A stretch of 63,984 nucleotides of DNA, filler included, from Octopus bimaculoides (taxonomy: Eukaryota): assembly GCF_001194135.2 (NCBI RefSeq). It is 6 parts of 6 records of this genome, joined end to end, with 100 filler letters (N's around TTAATTAATTAA, not from the genome) between each part and the next. Parts side by side here need not be neighbours in the genome. Positions count along the whole stretch, not along the records: positions 13,292 to 23,176 come from NC_068985.1; positions 23,277 to 41,903 come from NC_068995.1; 4 more parts are not named here. The stretch is one strand, 5' to 3'. Under the pieces are notes generated by a model. It saw only the letters and a program-made list of their open reading frames with translations, was not told where the DNA came from and did not search any database. Position 1 is the first letter of the stretch. Each line of letters opens with the position of its first letter. Positions 13,578 through 26,215 of the stretch are shown here, piece after piece. Position numbers and translations under genes: made by a program.

Positions 13578-13869
13578 TACACACACACTCACACACACAT
13601 GCTCAAATATAATTTTAGATTGTGAACTCCTGAAGATTTGCCAGATATACTGTAAGTGCCGAATTACAAGCCGCTTTACAATTTCCGTAAGTGCAGAATA
13701 TATTATATAACCAGAGTTTCCTTAATGCAGAAGAACGTTACCTCTTTCCCTCTTTCTGCAATTCCTTCATGATTAACATGACAACCAATTCCTCATATCC
13801 ATCATTAGCAACATCACTACCATCACCATCATCATCATCATCATCATCATCACGAGCAACATCGCTGAC

Positions 13870-16412
13870 ATTGCCATCGTCACCACCAGCAGCACCACCG
13901 CCATTATTATTGATGCCAGCGCCGTCATCGTCATCATGAGCTATTACTACTGTCTCCACCACCACAACTCTTACCAGTGTCCTTCACCGTTACAACCCAG
14001 CAATATGATGACTAACATCTCAGCCCAACCAAGTTCACCAGGAACAACCCTTACCACATCATTCCCAGAACCATGCGCCTCTAACTCTTCCGTAAACAAA
14101 CAATTGCCACATATCCAACCCTCAAAAGCAAAACGAAACCCCTAATTCTGCCGTTATTGCCTCCGTGAGAGGATGTGTTTGCGACGAGACTGTCTTTTCA
14201 CTCACCTCCCAGGAACTAGACGCACCAACTATAGAACATCCATGAACAAACAACCACATCACACTCCTCTTACACAAACAAAACAGAATCTCAATATCTG
14301 CCGCTATTCTCTTCATGACAGAATATGTTTGCAACAAAGCTGCCCTTTTACCCACCTACCGAGAACTAGACACTCCATTAGTAAATAAAGTGGCACTTGG
14401 AAAAGTGATAATATTGAGAGTGCTCCCCACAACAGATGCAACCACGCCAAACCTGCTAATTATCCCAACTCCACAAAGTCCAATCACCACAATAACTGTA
14501 TCGCCTACAACGAAAAAAATGGTTTCTTTCCCCTATATAAACCGGGGAGCGGGAAACCAAGCCGAAAAATCAAATGTAATAATGAAATTATTTGCGGCCG
14601 CATCCAGCAGTGCAACAACAAGTGTAGCGACTCGAGAAACTAAACTTATTTTTTAGCCATGTTGAATCTGGTGAAAGAACTCCAGAGAAGCATTCAACTT
14701 CTACTACCAACCCAAAGCGAAAAGCACCCTTGCTACTGCGAATGGGTAGCAACAACAACAACAACAGCAAAAACAAACATGATGGGCGGTTCCTGACGAA
14801 GCGCAACGAAGCTGCTGCCTTAACAACGACGTTCCCCTTAATGCCCAAAGTATCAACCCAGCCACCAGGGCTCAAAAATGGAAGATACCCTACATTGACG
14901 GATGGATTGCAGCACACTCACATCCAATGACTTTATTTGTCCCAACTGAGACCCACCTAAACGACCGTCATTTAGAGGCTGAACTGAAAATCAGAGACTT
15001 CACTGCCATTCGCGATGATCAGGCAGGCCGAAGAAAGGGTGGGGTTGCTCTTTTCCTTCATGATTCTTTCAGCGCAGATGTCAAGGTCATTTTCTCCAAC
15101 GGCTACTGCGAATCAGTCTCTGTACACAACAAGGTTAAAGACCCTGTCTGTGATTGGGATCTACAGCTACGCCCGCACCCACAACCAACCTCACACTATT
15201 TCCAAGAGTGCCTTGAGAAAATCAAATCTTTTCTGCTACAATGTAACCCAGGAAATATTCTGATGAAGGGCGACTTCAACCTACTCCCTGTAGATTGGTC
15301 CACTAATATTGCTAGACCAAGAACTTACACCTCAAGCTGAGACAAAGTAGCAGTGGAGTGACTTCTTTAATTAATGGATAATTTTTTTCCTGTCACAACT
15401 CATCCATGAACCAACCAGATACAACCAAAGTGTCTTGGATCTAGTGCTAAGCAACCATGCTAACACTATTCATAATATCACAGTGGAAAGAACCCTCCTG
15501 CCTGATCATGACATAGTAACCTCAATCTTCAGCATCCAAAAAAATTGCCATAAACCACTAACTCCAGTGCACCTATTTGATAATATGAATTCACAGAAGT
15601 CAAACTGGAATGCGGTCACTCAAGACTTATCGCAATTGGACTGGTCTTTCACCCTTGCTTCCACAACAAACACAAACGCATGGCAGCTATTTGGGGACAC
15701 AGTCACTCACATATGCTCAAAGCACACCCCTCACGAATCATAAATGACAGTAGATGCAGGATTCCGAAACAGAGAAAAGCGCTCATTAGGAGAATAAAAA
15801 AAATAAACCATAAATCAATACTCTAAAATACAACCATCAGCATCACCCTCAATTGGGAACATTAACAACCTTGAAATCAAAGAAGCAACAACTTCAGGAC
15901 AGTATGAGAACCCTCACAAACGACCAAAGAGCTGCAGAGGAAGCCTGGGTTATTAAAAACATCAGGAATAATCCTAAGGTCTTTTACTCCTTTGCAAAAA
16001 CACAGAGGACCACAGTTTCTTCTATCGGCCCACTGGTTGACGGAAACGGCATCCTTCACAGTAATGCCAAAGACATGGCTGAGATCCTGCAGAGTCAATA
16101 CTGCTCTGTTTTCAGTGACTCTGATTCAGCTGACTCAAGCAGCTTTGCTTCTGGGAATCCTCAACATGTCCATTCCGACATAATCTTCGATGCCACTGAT
16201 ATCTTAGCAGCAATAAAGAAATCAAACCTGATTCAGCAGTGGGTCCGGATAGGTTCCCTGCTAGAGTGCTAAAGGAATGCAGAGAGCAACTTGCAGCTCC
16301 TCTTGCAAATCTCTGGAGGAAATCACTGGATGCTGTTTTTACCCCTCAAAACCTTCTCTCCCAGTCAGTCGTTCTTATCTTTGAAAAGGGGAGTAAATCG
16401 TTCCTTGTAAAC

Positions 16413-16416
<4 letters not shown>
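13870..16416 (+). mobile_element. 3'-truncated CR1-group LINE (ORF1 with CCCH fingers, APE endonuclease, start of RT)
   Basis: APE motifs TETHL, RKGGVALF, KGDFNL, LDLVL and PDHDIV (14927-15510); IKNIRNNPKVFYSFAK; AEILQSQYCSVFS; GPDRFPARVLKECREQLAAPL...IFEKGSK...NY, ending in (TA)n at 16416. Stops and frameshifts throughout. Confidence 0.9.
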
Positions 16417-16449
<33 letters not shown>

Positions 16450-16796
16450 AATAATAATAATATTAGGGATAAAAATCCCAAATTACAGGTAAAAACTCAA
16501 TTAAAATCAATTTTATATATATATATAAATATACTGTATATACCACGCTCAAACAACATATATCTCAAATCACATCGCAACGACACACCAACCATCAGAA
16601 TCACAACAGACCACATATACACCTTGACAGAACCCCGGAAGAACTCGTTTTATTATCATTATCGACGTTTTATTATCATTATCTTATCTAATTTTTCTTC
16701 ATATTTATCGATTAAATATAAGAGTTCTTTATAATTTCCATGATTATTAGATTCTTCAGACTCAAAATGATCCCGAAATGATAATTCTTGACGACT

Positions 16797-16829
<33 letters not shown>

Positions 16830-16930
16830 ACATCGATCAATCGTTGCAGAATGGATCTGTTTCGTCTAACTTCCTCTTTATGATGTTGTATGCTCTGTTT
16901 TTTTTTACACGCTTCTAATTGTAAATCTGT

Positions 16931-17190
16931 GGAGGCACATGGATTAGTGGTTAGAGCAGCAGACTCACGGTCGAGGGATCCCCGGTTCGAATCTCAGACA
17001 GGACGATGTGTGTGTTTATGAGCGAAGCACCTAAGCTCCACGTGGCTCCAGCAGAAGGTAATGGCGAAATTCTGCTCTTTCGCCACAACTTTCTTCACGC
17101 TTTCCTCCTCCATCTAGCAACTCACCTGCGCCGGACCGGCGTCCCGTTCAGGTGGGGAACCTATACGCCAATAAAACCGAGAAGGAACAA
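16931..17190 (+). mobile_element. tRNA-derived SINE
   Basis: A-box TGGATTAGTGG and B-box GGTTCGAATC (16984-16993) are followed by a non-tRNA body; a partial copy lies at 535-650. Confidence 0.8.
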
Positions 17191-19010
17191 ACAACAATGG
17201 TAAGTCTATGTGAACCATTCTCGAATGTTTTAAGATCTATCAAGGGTTTTATATGCCTTTGAGAACGTTCATGTTTTAGCATAGCCATATATAAATTATT
17301 TAAATCATTATAACCTTTATCATTCCAAACAGTTTTTTTCTAAACAAAGCAACACGCATGGCCAGCAGAATAACTTATTATGCGTAGCAATACCAGTTAA
17401 CCATTTTTTCTTCTCATACAAATTAACCTGAAATTGTCACGTGAATTTCTTGCTGTAGCTTCGCAAATCAGGTAATTTCGATGTTGGAAGACCACCATTT
17501 ATAATTAATTGTTTCCCTTCAAAGTCTTGTTTTGAAAAACTATTTTTCATAAATTTTTCTATAGCACACATTCCAGTCATTTGGACAAATATTTTGAAAA
17601 TCCTAGAGATCTTATGAAAGTAAAAGTGCACGTGTGTGGGAGTGTGTGCGTGAATTACAAATCAGTTTCAACAAAACGGAAAGATAATTTTAGTACATCA
17701 ACGAAAGATTAATTAGCTATATTATATTTCTGATTTCAGAATTTTTGAAAATTAGTTTAACACTGAGGATGGTTAATGATAATAATTTTAAAACTTACGA
17801 CAGAACGAAATAGATATCCCAAAGTTACGGCAATATTTGAACTGACTAATTAAGAATTATGGGGTTGTTAATATGTTTGGGTCAGAATTTTTACGGTTCA
17901 AAAAGTCAAACCCATTTAACTATTTAACCTGTCGCATCAGCGACATCAATTACAGAGTTCTTGATAAAGCAGAACTGATAGAAAAAGAGGAGAGAGAGCC
18001 AAAGCTGTAACATTGGTTTTTCTCAAAGCATGCCTTCCGTTGTTAGTGTATCGAGATTAAAGAATCATCCAGGCAGGCATTGACTTTACAGATAGGCAGG
18101 AGAAAAATGATAGCTATTGAAAAATAGGAAGGGGAGGACAGAAAATTTCAAATGCGTAAGAAGAATAGAGCATGTAAATAAAGCAAAGTATCGAATCTAG
18201 ACGGGTTTCTTTTAAAACAAAGTAACTATTTTAGCTCAGTTTCCAATGATTTGGATAACTTTTCAATGTGGTTATAAATACATTACGTTCTTAAAATGAT
18301 TTTTGAGTTATATAAAAATCAAGAAACATGCAGTGCATGACTTGCATGTCTGAACTGCACGCCACTGGTATATATATATATATACATCCATCTTCGAAAC
18401 ACCTAGTTTAGAATAGAGGCAGCTGATGAAGGAAAAGTTCCATAAGTGGCTCGTCTGTTTTCCTATCTGTTCATTCTGTTGTCTGTAAAGAAGTCCGTTT
18501 TTTGTGCTTTGTTTATGTTCCCGTTCCTTTTTGACGTCCTGTACCCGGATATACATCTATATATACATGTAGATGTAATTATGTACATATATGTATGTAT
18601 ACATGCATATGCTCATATATCATTTGTATTATTATCCATATATATACATATATATANNNNNNNNNNNNNNNNNNNNNNNNNNNNNNNNNNNNNNNNNNNN
18701 NNNNNNNNNNNNNNNNNNNNNNNNNNNNNNNNNNNNNNNNNNNNNNNNNNNNNNNNNNNNNNNNNNNNNNNNNNNNNNNNNNNNNNNNNNNNNNNNNNNN
18801 NNNNNNNNNNNNNNNNNNNNNNNNNNNNNNNNNNNNNNNNNNNNNNNNNNNNNNNNNNNNNNNNNNNNNNNNNNNNNNNNNNNNNNNNNNNNNNNNNNNN
18901 NNNNNNNNNNNNNNNNNNNNNNNNNNNNNNNNNNNNNNNNNNNNNNNNNNNNNNNNNNNNNNNNNNNNNNTATATATATATATATATATATATACTGTGT
19001 ATACTATATA

Positions 19011-19092
<82 letters not shown>

Positions 19093-19149
19093 CATCTATC
19101 TAAACACACTGCTGATACTGCATATATATAGTACAGTAGAAATGCGCCC

Positions 19150-19830
19150 CATACACTTATGACAGTGTGCAGACCTTGAATCTCATTTGTCAAGAAACTT
19201 CAAAAGAGGTCATCAAAAGCAGATACCGGTTCCCTGCCAAGTGTTTTTTCCTGTCGGAGAAGAGATGGTAGTAATATAGTGTCAAAGTAGAATAGAGACA
19301 GTGATCAACCATTGCAAAGCAACAGTCACGCACATCAGCCGTTGAAACCAACGGTTTGTGCACTGTTCCGATGATACAAGTTCCCTTTCGTCAGTTTTCA
19401 TCGGCGTCTGCTCTTGATGGCTTTTCGTAACTGCCTCAACAAGTTGGCATAGAACTCACCACTGATGGTGTAACCCTTTTGAAGTGAGCCAATAAACACA
19501 ATGCCTTATGCATCCTTCAAAACTGAGACCACCACTTTCCCTACAGATGAAACGACCTTGGTTTTTCTTGGAGTGGGTGAGGAGAAGTGTTTCCAATGCA
19601 TGGATTGTCTTTGTCTCTGGTTCAAAGTTTTGAAACCAACACTCATCCCGGGTTAGGAAATGTTCAAGGAAACCAACTGGTTCTGCCTGAAACAATATCA
19701 GAGTTTCCTGTGATGTATCCATTGTGGTGCACTTTTGATTAGGTGTCAGAAAATGTGACACCCACCGAAGAGAAGCCTTCGTCATGTCAAGTTCATTGTG
19801 CTGAATATTCTCAATTCTCTTATAGGATAT
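19150..19830 (-). mobile_element. Decayed mariner transposase fragment
   Basis: SLRWVSHFLTPNQK (WVP motif), FLTRDECW (first catalytic Asp region), FEPETK, YANLLRQLRKAIK, KKHLAGNRY. Confidence 0.9.
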
Positions 19831-20158
19831 GCTAATAGTATTGGCTATTTGATTTATAGTTAATCACCCATCATTTATCAGTTTATAGTGAAAACGATAG
19901 ATCCTTCCCTCGGTGGTGGCAGTTGCAGGACGTCTAGATTTTGGCTCATCTTCAAGACTCTCCACCCCACCTCTAAATTCAGCTGCCCACTTTTGAAGTA
20001 TTCGTTGAACAGTGAGAGAGAAACGATGCAGTTATTGTTAACAAGAAAAGTTGAAATTAACGCATGCGGGATTCACACCTGTAGCATCACATCTTGATAG
20101 TCATCCTACGAACTTTTCAGCGCATTCCTATTTGTAGCTACACACACAAACACACACA

Positions 20159-20196
<38 letters not shown>

Positions 20197-21040
20197 NNNN
20201 NNNNNNNNNNNNNNNNNNNNNNNNNNNNNNNNNNNNNNNNNNNNNNNNNNNNNNNNNNNNNNNNNNNNNNNNNNNNNNNNNNNNNNNNNNNNNNNNNNNN
20301 NNNNNNNNNNNNNNNNNNNNNNNNNNNNNNNNNNNNNNNNNNNNNNNNNNNNNNNNNNNNNNNNNNNNNNNNNNNNNNNNNNNNNNNNNNNNNNNNNNNN
20401 NNNNNNNNNNNNNNNNNNNNNNNNNNNNNNNNNNNNNNNNNNNNNNNNNNNNNNNNNNNNNNNNNNNNNNNNNNNNNNNNNNNNNNNNNNNNNNNNNNNN
20501 NNNNNNNNNNNNNNNNNNNNNNNNNNNNNNNNNNNNNNNNNNNNNNNNNNNNNNNNNNNNNNNNNNNNNNNNNNNNNNNNNNNNNNNNNNNNNNNNNNNN
20601 NNNNNNNNNNNNNNNNNNNNNNNNNNNNNNNNNNNNNNNNNNNNNNNNNNNNNNNNNNNNNNNNNNNNNNNNNNNNNNNNNNNNNNNNNNNNNNNNNNNN
20701 NNNNNNNNNNNNNNNNNNNNNNNNNNNNNNNNNNNNNNNNNNNNNNNNNNNNNNNNNNNNNNNNNNNNNNNNNNNNNNNNNNNNNNNNNNNNNNNNNNNN
20801 NNNNNNNNNNNNNNNNNNNNNNNNNNNNNNNNNNNNNNNNNNNNNNNNNNNNNNNNNNNNNNNNNNNNNNNNNNNNNNNNNNNNNNNNNNNNNNNNNNNN
20901 NNNNNNNNNNNNNNNNNNNNNNNNNNNNNNNNNNNNNNNNNNNNNNNNNNNNNNNNNNNNNNNNNNNNNNNNNNNNNNNNNNNNNNNNNNNNNNNNNNNN
21001 NNNNNNNNNNNNNNNNNNNNNNNNNNNNNNNNNNNNNNNN

Positions 21041-21071
<31 letters not shown>

Positions 21072-21080
21072 CACTTACTT

Positions 21081-21215
21081 GTTTTAATCATTAGACTGCA
21101 GCCATGCTGGAGCACCGTCTAGAGTAGTTTTTAGTCGAATCATTCGACCCCAGTGCTTCTTTCTTTTTCTTTAAGCCTGTTACTTATTCTATCGGTCTTT
21201 TTGTCGAACCGCAAT
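21081..21215 (-). mobile_element. SINE family A, 3' fragment
   Basis: Reverse-complement match to the tail of 30104-30484 (ggtgctccagcatggc, cgatagaataagtac). Confidence 0.75.
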
Positions 21216-21280
21216 GCCAGGAGGAAATAGATACACCAACACCAGTTATATATGTGCGTGTTTGCATATAGCCGCAAGCG

Positions 21281-21782
21281 AGGCATGTTGTAAGAACCAT
21301 GCTTCTCAACCGCACGCTTCAGTCTCGGTGCGTGGCACCTTAGGCATGTGCCTTCTACTTTAGGTTCGGGCGAACCAAAGGTTTGTGAGTGCATGTGGTA
21401 ATCGGAAACTGAAAGAAGCCCGTCTTATATATATANNNNNNNNNNNNNNNNNNNNNNNNNNNNNNNNNNNNNNNNNNNNNNNNNNNNNNNNNNNNNNNNN
21501 NNNNNNNNNNNNNNNNNNNNNNNNNNNNNNNNNNNNNNNNNNNNNNNNNNNNNNNNNNNNNNNNNNNNNNNNNNNNNNNNNNNNNNNNNNNNNNNNNNNN
21601 NNNNNNNNNNNNNNNNNNNNNNNNNNNNNNNNNNNNNNNNNNNNNNNNNNNNNNNNNNNNNNNNNNNNNNNNNNNNNNNNNNNNNNNNNNNNNNNNNNNN
21701 NNNNNNNNNNNNNNNNNNNNNNNNNNNNNNNNNNNNNNNNNNNNNNNNNNNNNNNNNNNNNNNNNNNNNNNNNNNNNNNNNN

Positions 21783-21844
<62 letters not shown>

Positions 21845-22020
21845 TCCCGTCCACCGCTTGACAATCGGTGTTCACGTGTTTAAATCTCCGTAACATAGCG
21901 GTTCGCCAAGAGATACCGATATAGTAGGTACGAGGCTTTAAAAATATTTTGTCCTGCGATCTATTTGTTGGACTAAAGTTCTTCAAGCCATGGCCGACGT
22001 CTAATGATTGAAAAGTAAAA
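21281..22020 (+). mobile_element. SINE family A copy with an internal microsatellite and gap
   Basis: Shares ggaaactgaaagaagcccgtc, tttgtccc..cgcttgacaa and gcggttcg blocks with 30104-30484. Confidence 0.8.
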
Positions 22021-22572
22021 GATAAAGTCTACATTAATATCTATTGTATACGCAAAGTTGGCGAGATGGCATCATCATTAACATGCCGGACAAAATGCTT
22101 AACGGCATTGCAGGGAATAAACATGGTTGCCATTTCTCAAACGTACTTTTCCAGAGTTCGTCTCTCTAATAGAGTTGCAGAACTGGGTCCAGTAGAGACC
22201 GTGACAAGGCACTTGGCATCTAGATTATTATCAGGGTATGCTCAATGCACTCTGCCAGTCCTTCAGTGCGATAAATAGAATTTCTCCAAAGGATTAATAG
22301 TGAGCAAAAGTGACGACATTCGCAGAAAAGATCTAAGTATCGGCAGAAAACAAGCAGTTGGTCTGGTCCAGAGGACTTCCGGATCGAGGCCCATGGATGA
22401 TTTTCAGAAACCCCTTGACTGACAGAGCTACCGGTAAGCACTGTCGGTTCGAGTCAACTCTATAGGAACGGATGTGCTGTCAGTTGGGTATTTCCGAAAT
22501 GTGCGCAGAGCGACGAAATTGTCCAGTGCCCCGAATATCATAACTTGCGGAGTTATCTCTTATCGTTTAATT

Positions 22573-22735
22573 GTTTTAATCATTAGACTACGGCCACGTT
22601 GGAAAAAACACTTTGAGATTTTAGTGGAATCAATCGACTGCAATACTAAATTTTCTTTAAGCCTGGTGTGTTATTGGGACGTAAACACACAAACACTAAT
22701 TGTCAAGCGGTGGGCAAACACAGGCACAAAGACAC
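22573..22735 (-). mobile_element. SINE family A fragment
   Basis: tcattagactacggcc...ggacgtaaacac...tgtcaagcggtgggcaaacac is the reverse complement of the family A tail. Confidence 0.7.
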
Positions 22736-23899
22736 ATGTCCAAAATGTACTATCACTCGTAAAACACATTCGGTTGTTAGTTGAGTCCATTGTGAAGAAC
22801 GCTCCACTGCCTTTCTTTGGATACAAAGGTCATGAAATGATTTATCTGTCTGGAAAGTTTGGCAAAAGGTGTGTGGTGGACGACATTGAAAGGTTTGAAG
22901 ACAGACACTTTCCTCTTTGACCAAGTTCTGAATTTGTGTTTTTAAGTTTATAAAAGGATTATATCTGGATGAAGATTGCAGCTTCTGGCTTTTAAACGAT
23001 ATACATACATTAAGTATATTATATAAAGATTTTACTCTAGAAGTGCTTGTATTGCATAATTTACACATATACGTGCATCCATCCATCCATCCATCCATCC
23101 ATCCATCCATCCATCCATCCATCCATCTATCCATCCATCCATCCATCCATACATACATACATACATATATATATATNNNNNNNNNNNNNNNNNNNNNNNN
23201 NNNNNNNNNNNNNNNNNNNNTTAATTAATTAANNNNNNNNNNNNNNNNNNNNNNNNNNNNNNNNNNNNNNNNNNNNATATATATATATATAAATACATAC
23301 ATATATACACACACAAACATACACACACAGACACATATATGGTATAAGTATTATGTAATACATAAACTTGCTATCAACGTACACTCATGTATACATATAT
23401 AAACACACACGTACATAGAGTCATACACATACATACACACATACTTATATATGTGCACATACATATTTACACACTCATACAAAGCATAGATATGTACATA
23501 CATACATATATATACACATACATACACACATACACACATCTATTCACAAGTACGTGCATACGTACATATATATACATGCATGCGAGTGCACATACAAAGA
23601 GTCGTGTAGGCATCAATAAATATATAGAAAAACAGGTGTGTGTATACACATTCGTACATACAGACGTATATTGCTTATGCATACCTTAGCTATGGATACG
23701 AAGATATTATGGCAGTATGTATACTATATACGTGTATTTGTGTAACGTTCACCGTTTTTTTTTCCGTCCTTGTTTTCGTATACATTCGCTGCTTTCTTCC
23801 AAGAAATCTAATGCTCTTAGCTTAGTTTTTCCTTGGGGCTGGCCAGATTGGAGCAATCTCGAGTATAACCAGCCGAAATTACAAAGATAATCTAGAACT

Positions 23900-24352
23900 C
23901 GGTTACGTCGATAAGCGTTCAACGGAACAAGCTGCTCGTGAAATTAACGTACAAGTGGCTGAGTACTCCACTGATATGTGTACCCTTAATGTAGTTCTTC
24001 AGGGGATTAAGCGTGATATAAAATGTAACAAGGCTGGTCCTTTGAATTACATGTACTACTCATTTTCACTAACTGAGTGGATTGGAGAATAACATGAAAT
24101 AAAGTGTCTTGATCAAAGACACAACCGGGTATCGATCTCAGCCAGGTATCGATCTCAGCCAGGTATCGATCTCAGCCAGGTATCGATCTCAGCCAGGTAT
24201 CGATCTCATCCAGGTATCGATCTCAGCCAGGTATAGATCTCAGCCAGGTATCCATCTCACAGCCGCGTATCGATCTCAGGACCTTGCGAATACTCAAACC
24301 TGTAAGCTACGCGCTCTAACGACTCTACCAATTCACAGCCTTAAATTTCTAA
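23900..24352 (-). mobile_element. SINE family C copy with a B-box minisatellite
   Basis: Shares cgtgaaattaacgt..gtggctgag..ctcca with 58798-59077 and 62088-62415; A-box-like tggtagagtcgttagagc on the minus strand at about 24316-24333. Confidence 0.75.
24128..24278. repeat. 17-bp minisatellite (GGTATCGATCTCAGCCA), about 9 units
   Basis: Direct tandem units from 24128 with period 17; the last two are degenerate; there are no spacers. Confidence 0.95.
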
Positions 24353-25195
24353 AACCAGCAGAGAATCGAAAATTCTGTGGCACATGATTGATTAAGTTTA
24401 CCCCTGTGTTTTTACTGGTATTTCATTTTATCGACCACGCAAAAGTGAAAACAAATTTGACCTAGGTAAAGAGTTGGAACAACTGCAGCAACACATTTTG
24501 TCTTTCTCGTTTACAGCTGAATGGGCTGAAGTAACGTATAACGAGGTGTCTTGCTCAGGAACATAGCGCACCGTTCGGTTCGGGAAGCGAAACCGCTATA
24601 TAGCGATCACGAGTGCAATGTATACGTGTTTGTGTGTACGTGGGGTGTACCCTTGTCCGGACATCACTTGATGGTTGTAAACGGGTGTGGACGTCATACA
24701 AGCAATGGTGTTCGTTTTCAGTCTTCTGGTAGAAAACATATCTAGACGTGGGGAAATATTACCTTGCTTTGAAATGAGTGAGGGTTGGCGACAGAAACGG
24801 CATCCGGCTACAGAAAATCTACGTCAGAAAATTCTGTCTGACCCATGCAAGCATAGGAAAGTACATGAATAAAACAATGCTCGTTCTGTTGCTGATGATA
24901 GTATAGTCACAATAGAGACTCTACAGAACGTGGTAGCCTTTTTGTAAGGTAGGAGAGGTAATCTAGTTACAGTACGGACCATATGGAATGTGGTGTTTGA
25001 TGTCAGGTGTTGTATAATTGTAAATCATGTGGAAATGTCATATTACACGGTCGATTACACAGCAGTCATTTCAGTTTCATATCTCGGATCTGTATACATA
25101 CACTTATATATATATATGTATTAATACTTCATATATTGCTTTCAAATTTTGACACAAAGTCAACAATTTCTAGGGTATGGGTAAATGGATTGCGT

Positions 25196-25331
25196 CAATC
25201 TTAGTGCTCAACTGGTACTTATTTTTTTGACCCCGGAAGGATAAAAGACAAAGTCGACCTCGGCGGAATTTGAACTCAGAACGTATAGACTAACGAAACG
25301 CCGCTATGCATATTGCTCGGCGTGCTATCAA
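25196..25331 (-). mobile_element. SINE family B copy
   Basis: actggtactta...gtcgacctcggcggaatttgaactcagaacgta is shared with the copies at 35088, 40800 and 61843. Confidence 0.8.
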
Positions 25332-25491
25332 TTCTGCCGGCTCGCTGCTTTATTAATGCTACATTTATTAGGATTTTTTTTCCTGTTCGTCCATCTGAGT
25401 GATGAGGACAATCTAGTCACCCTTAAGGGTGACTCATAGCTTGCATGGTGACAGAGACTTTGTTTAAAGTGAAGAAGAGTTGCGCACCCTC

Positions 25492-25585
<94 letters not shown>

Positions 25586-25819
25586 TCCGTGACCACCTTC
25601 AATACAGTGGCCAGACCAATATCCATCAGGTCAATAAGTCCTGGGGTCAATTTCTTCGACTAAAACCCTTTAAGGTAGTGCTTCAGCATGACCGCAATCT
25701 AATGAATAAAACAAGTAACAGAATAACAGGATAACAAAATATATTGACACACATACAAGTATCTGAAGAACTGGTTGTGGCGCGGAAACTCCAGAGTAAC
25801 AGGTCACTGGACCAGTATG

Positions 25820-26215
25820 TATGTCACTGTTCCGTTTTATTTCAAGACTTCTTGCCAATAGAGAAGGAACCAGCTTCTAACCTAGATCCAAGGCTTTTTC
25901 ATTGGAATTTCAACAACATCAACAGGGTATTTTTATATGTATGTATATATGCAGATTTGTATGTTTTGTTTTATGTAAGTATTCTCATGGATATACTTGC
26001 ATATCTAGACATGCTCATATGTACTTAGAAGTTAAACTTCTGGGAAGTTTTACAGGTTCTTACAGTTCCAGTGATGACTTGGATCTGTAGTCTTCAAATC
26101 AGCCTTCTTCTTTCTGGTTTTTGAGAAGCCTAATTTCTCAAGATTGCTATTTAGGCAGTATGTTACATATCCCAGTGCCTCAATAATTACAGGTATAAAC
26201 CTGAACTTGTAATCT
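25820..26215 (-). mobile_element. 3' end of a restriction-like-endonuclease LINE (R4/Dong-like)
   Basis: Minus strand reads FIPVIIEALGYVTYCLNSNLEKLGF, followed by a 3' UTR that recurs inverted at 59085-59195. Confidence 0.65.

Noticed and set aside
13619-13651. 33-nt candidate micro-exon (DCELLKICQIY); similar AG..GT candidates near 1025-1102, 9448-9513 and 38687-38727
   Set aside because: Splice-like ends only, with no domain similarity or phase-linked partner; expected by chance.
16700-16765. Second hammerhead-like CTGAAGA...GAAA (minus); also one near 25760
   Set aside because: No stem II pairing between the core motifs.
16931-17005. tRNA gene (likewise 30104 and 41305)
   Set aside because: A/B boxes are present but no complete cloverleaf is evident, and each continues into a repeated SINE body.
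18330-18367. hAT-like terminus CAGTGGCGTG (minus); also Charlie-like CAGCATTTCTCAACC at about 46674
   Set aside because: No partner TIR, TSD or convincing transposase was found.
24128-24278. CRISPR-like array
   Set aside because: The units are directly adjacent with no unique spacers, there are no cas genes, and the context is eukaryotic.
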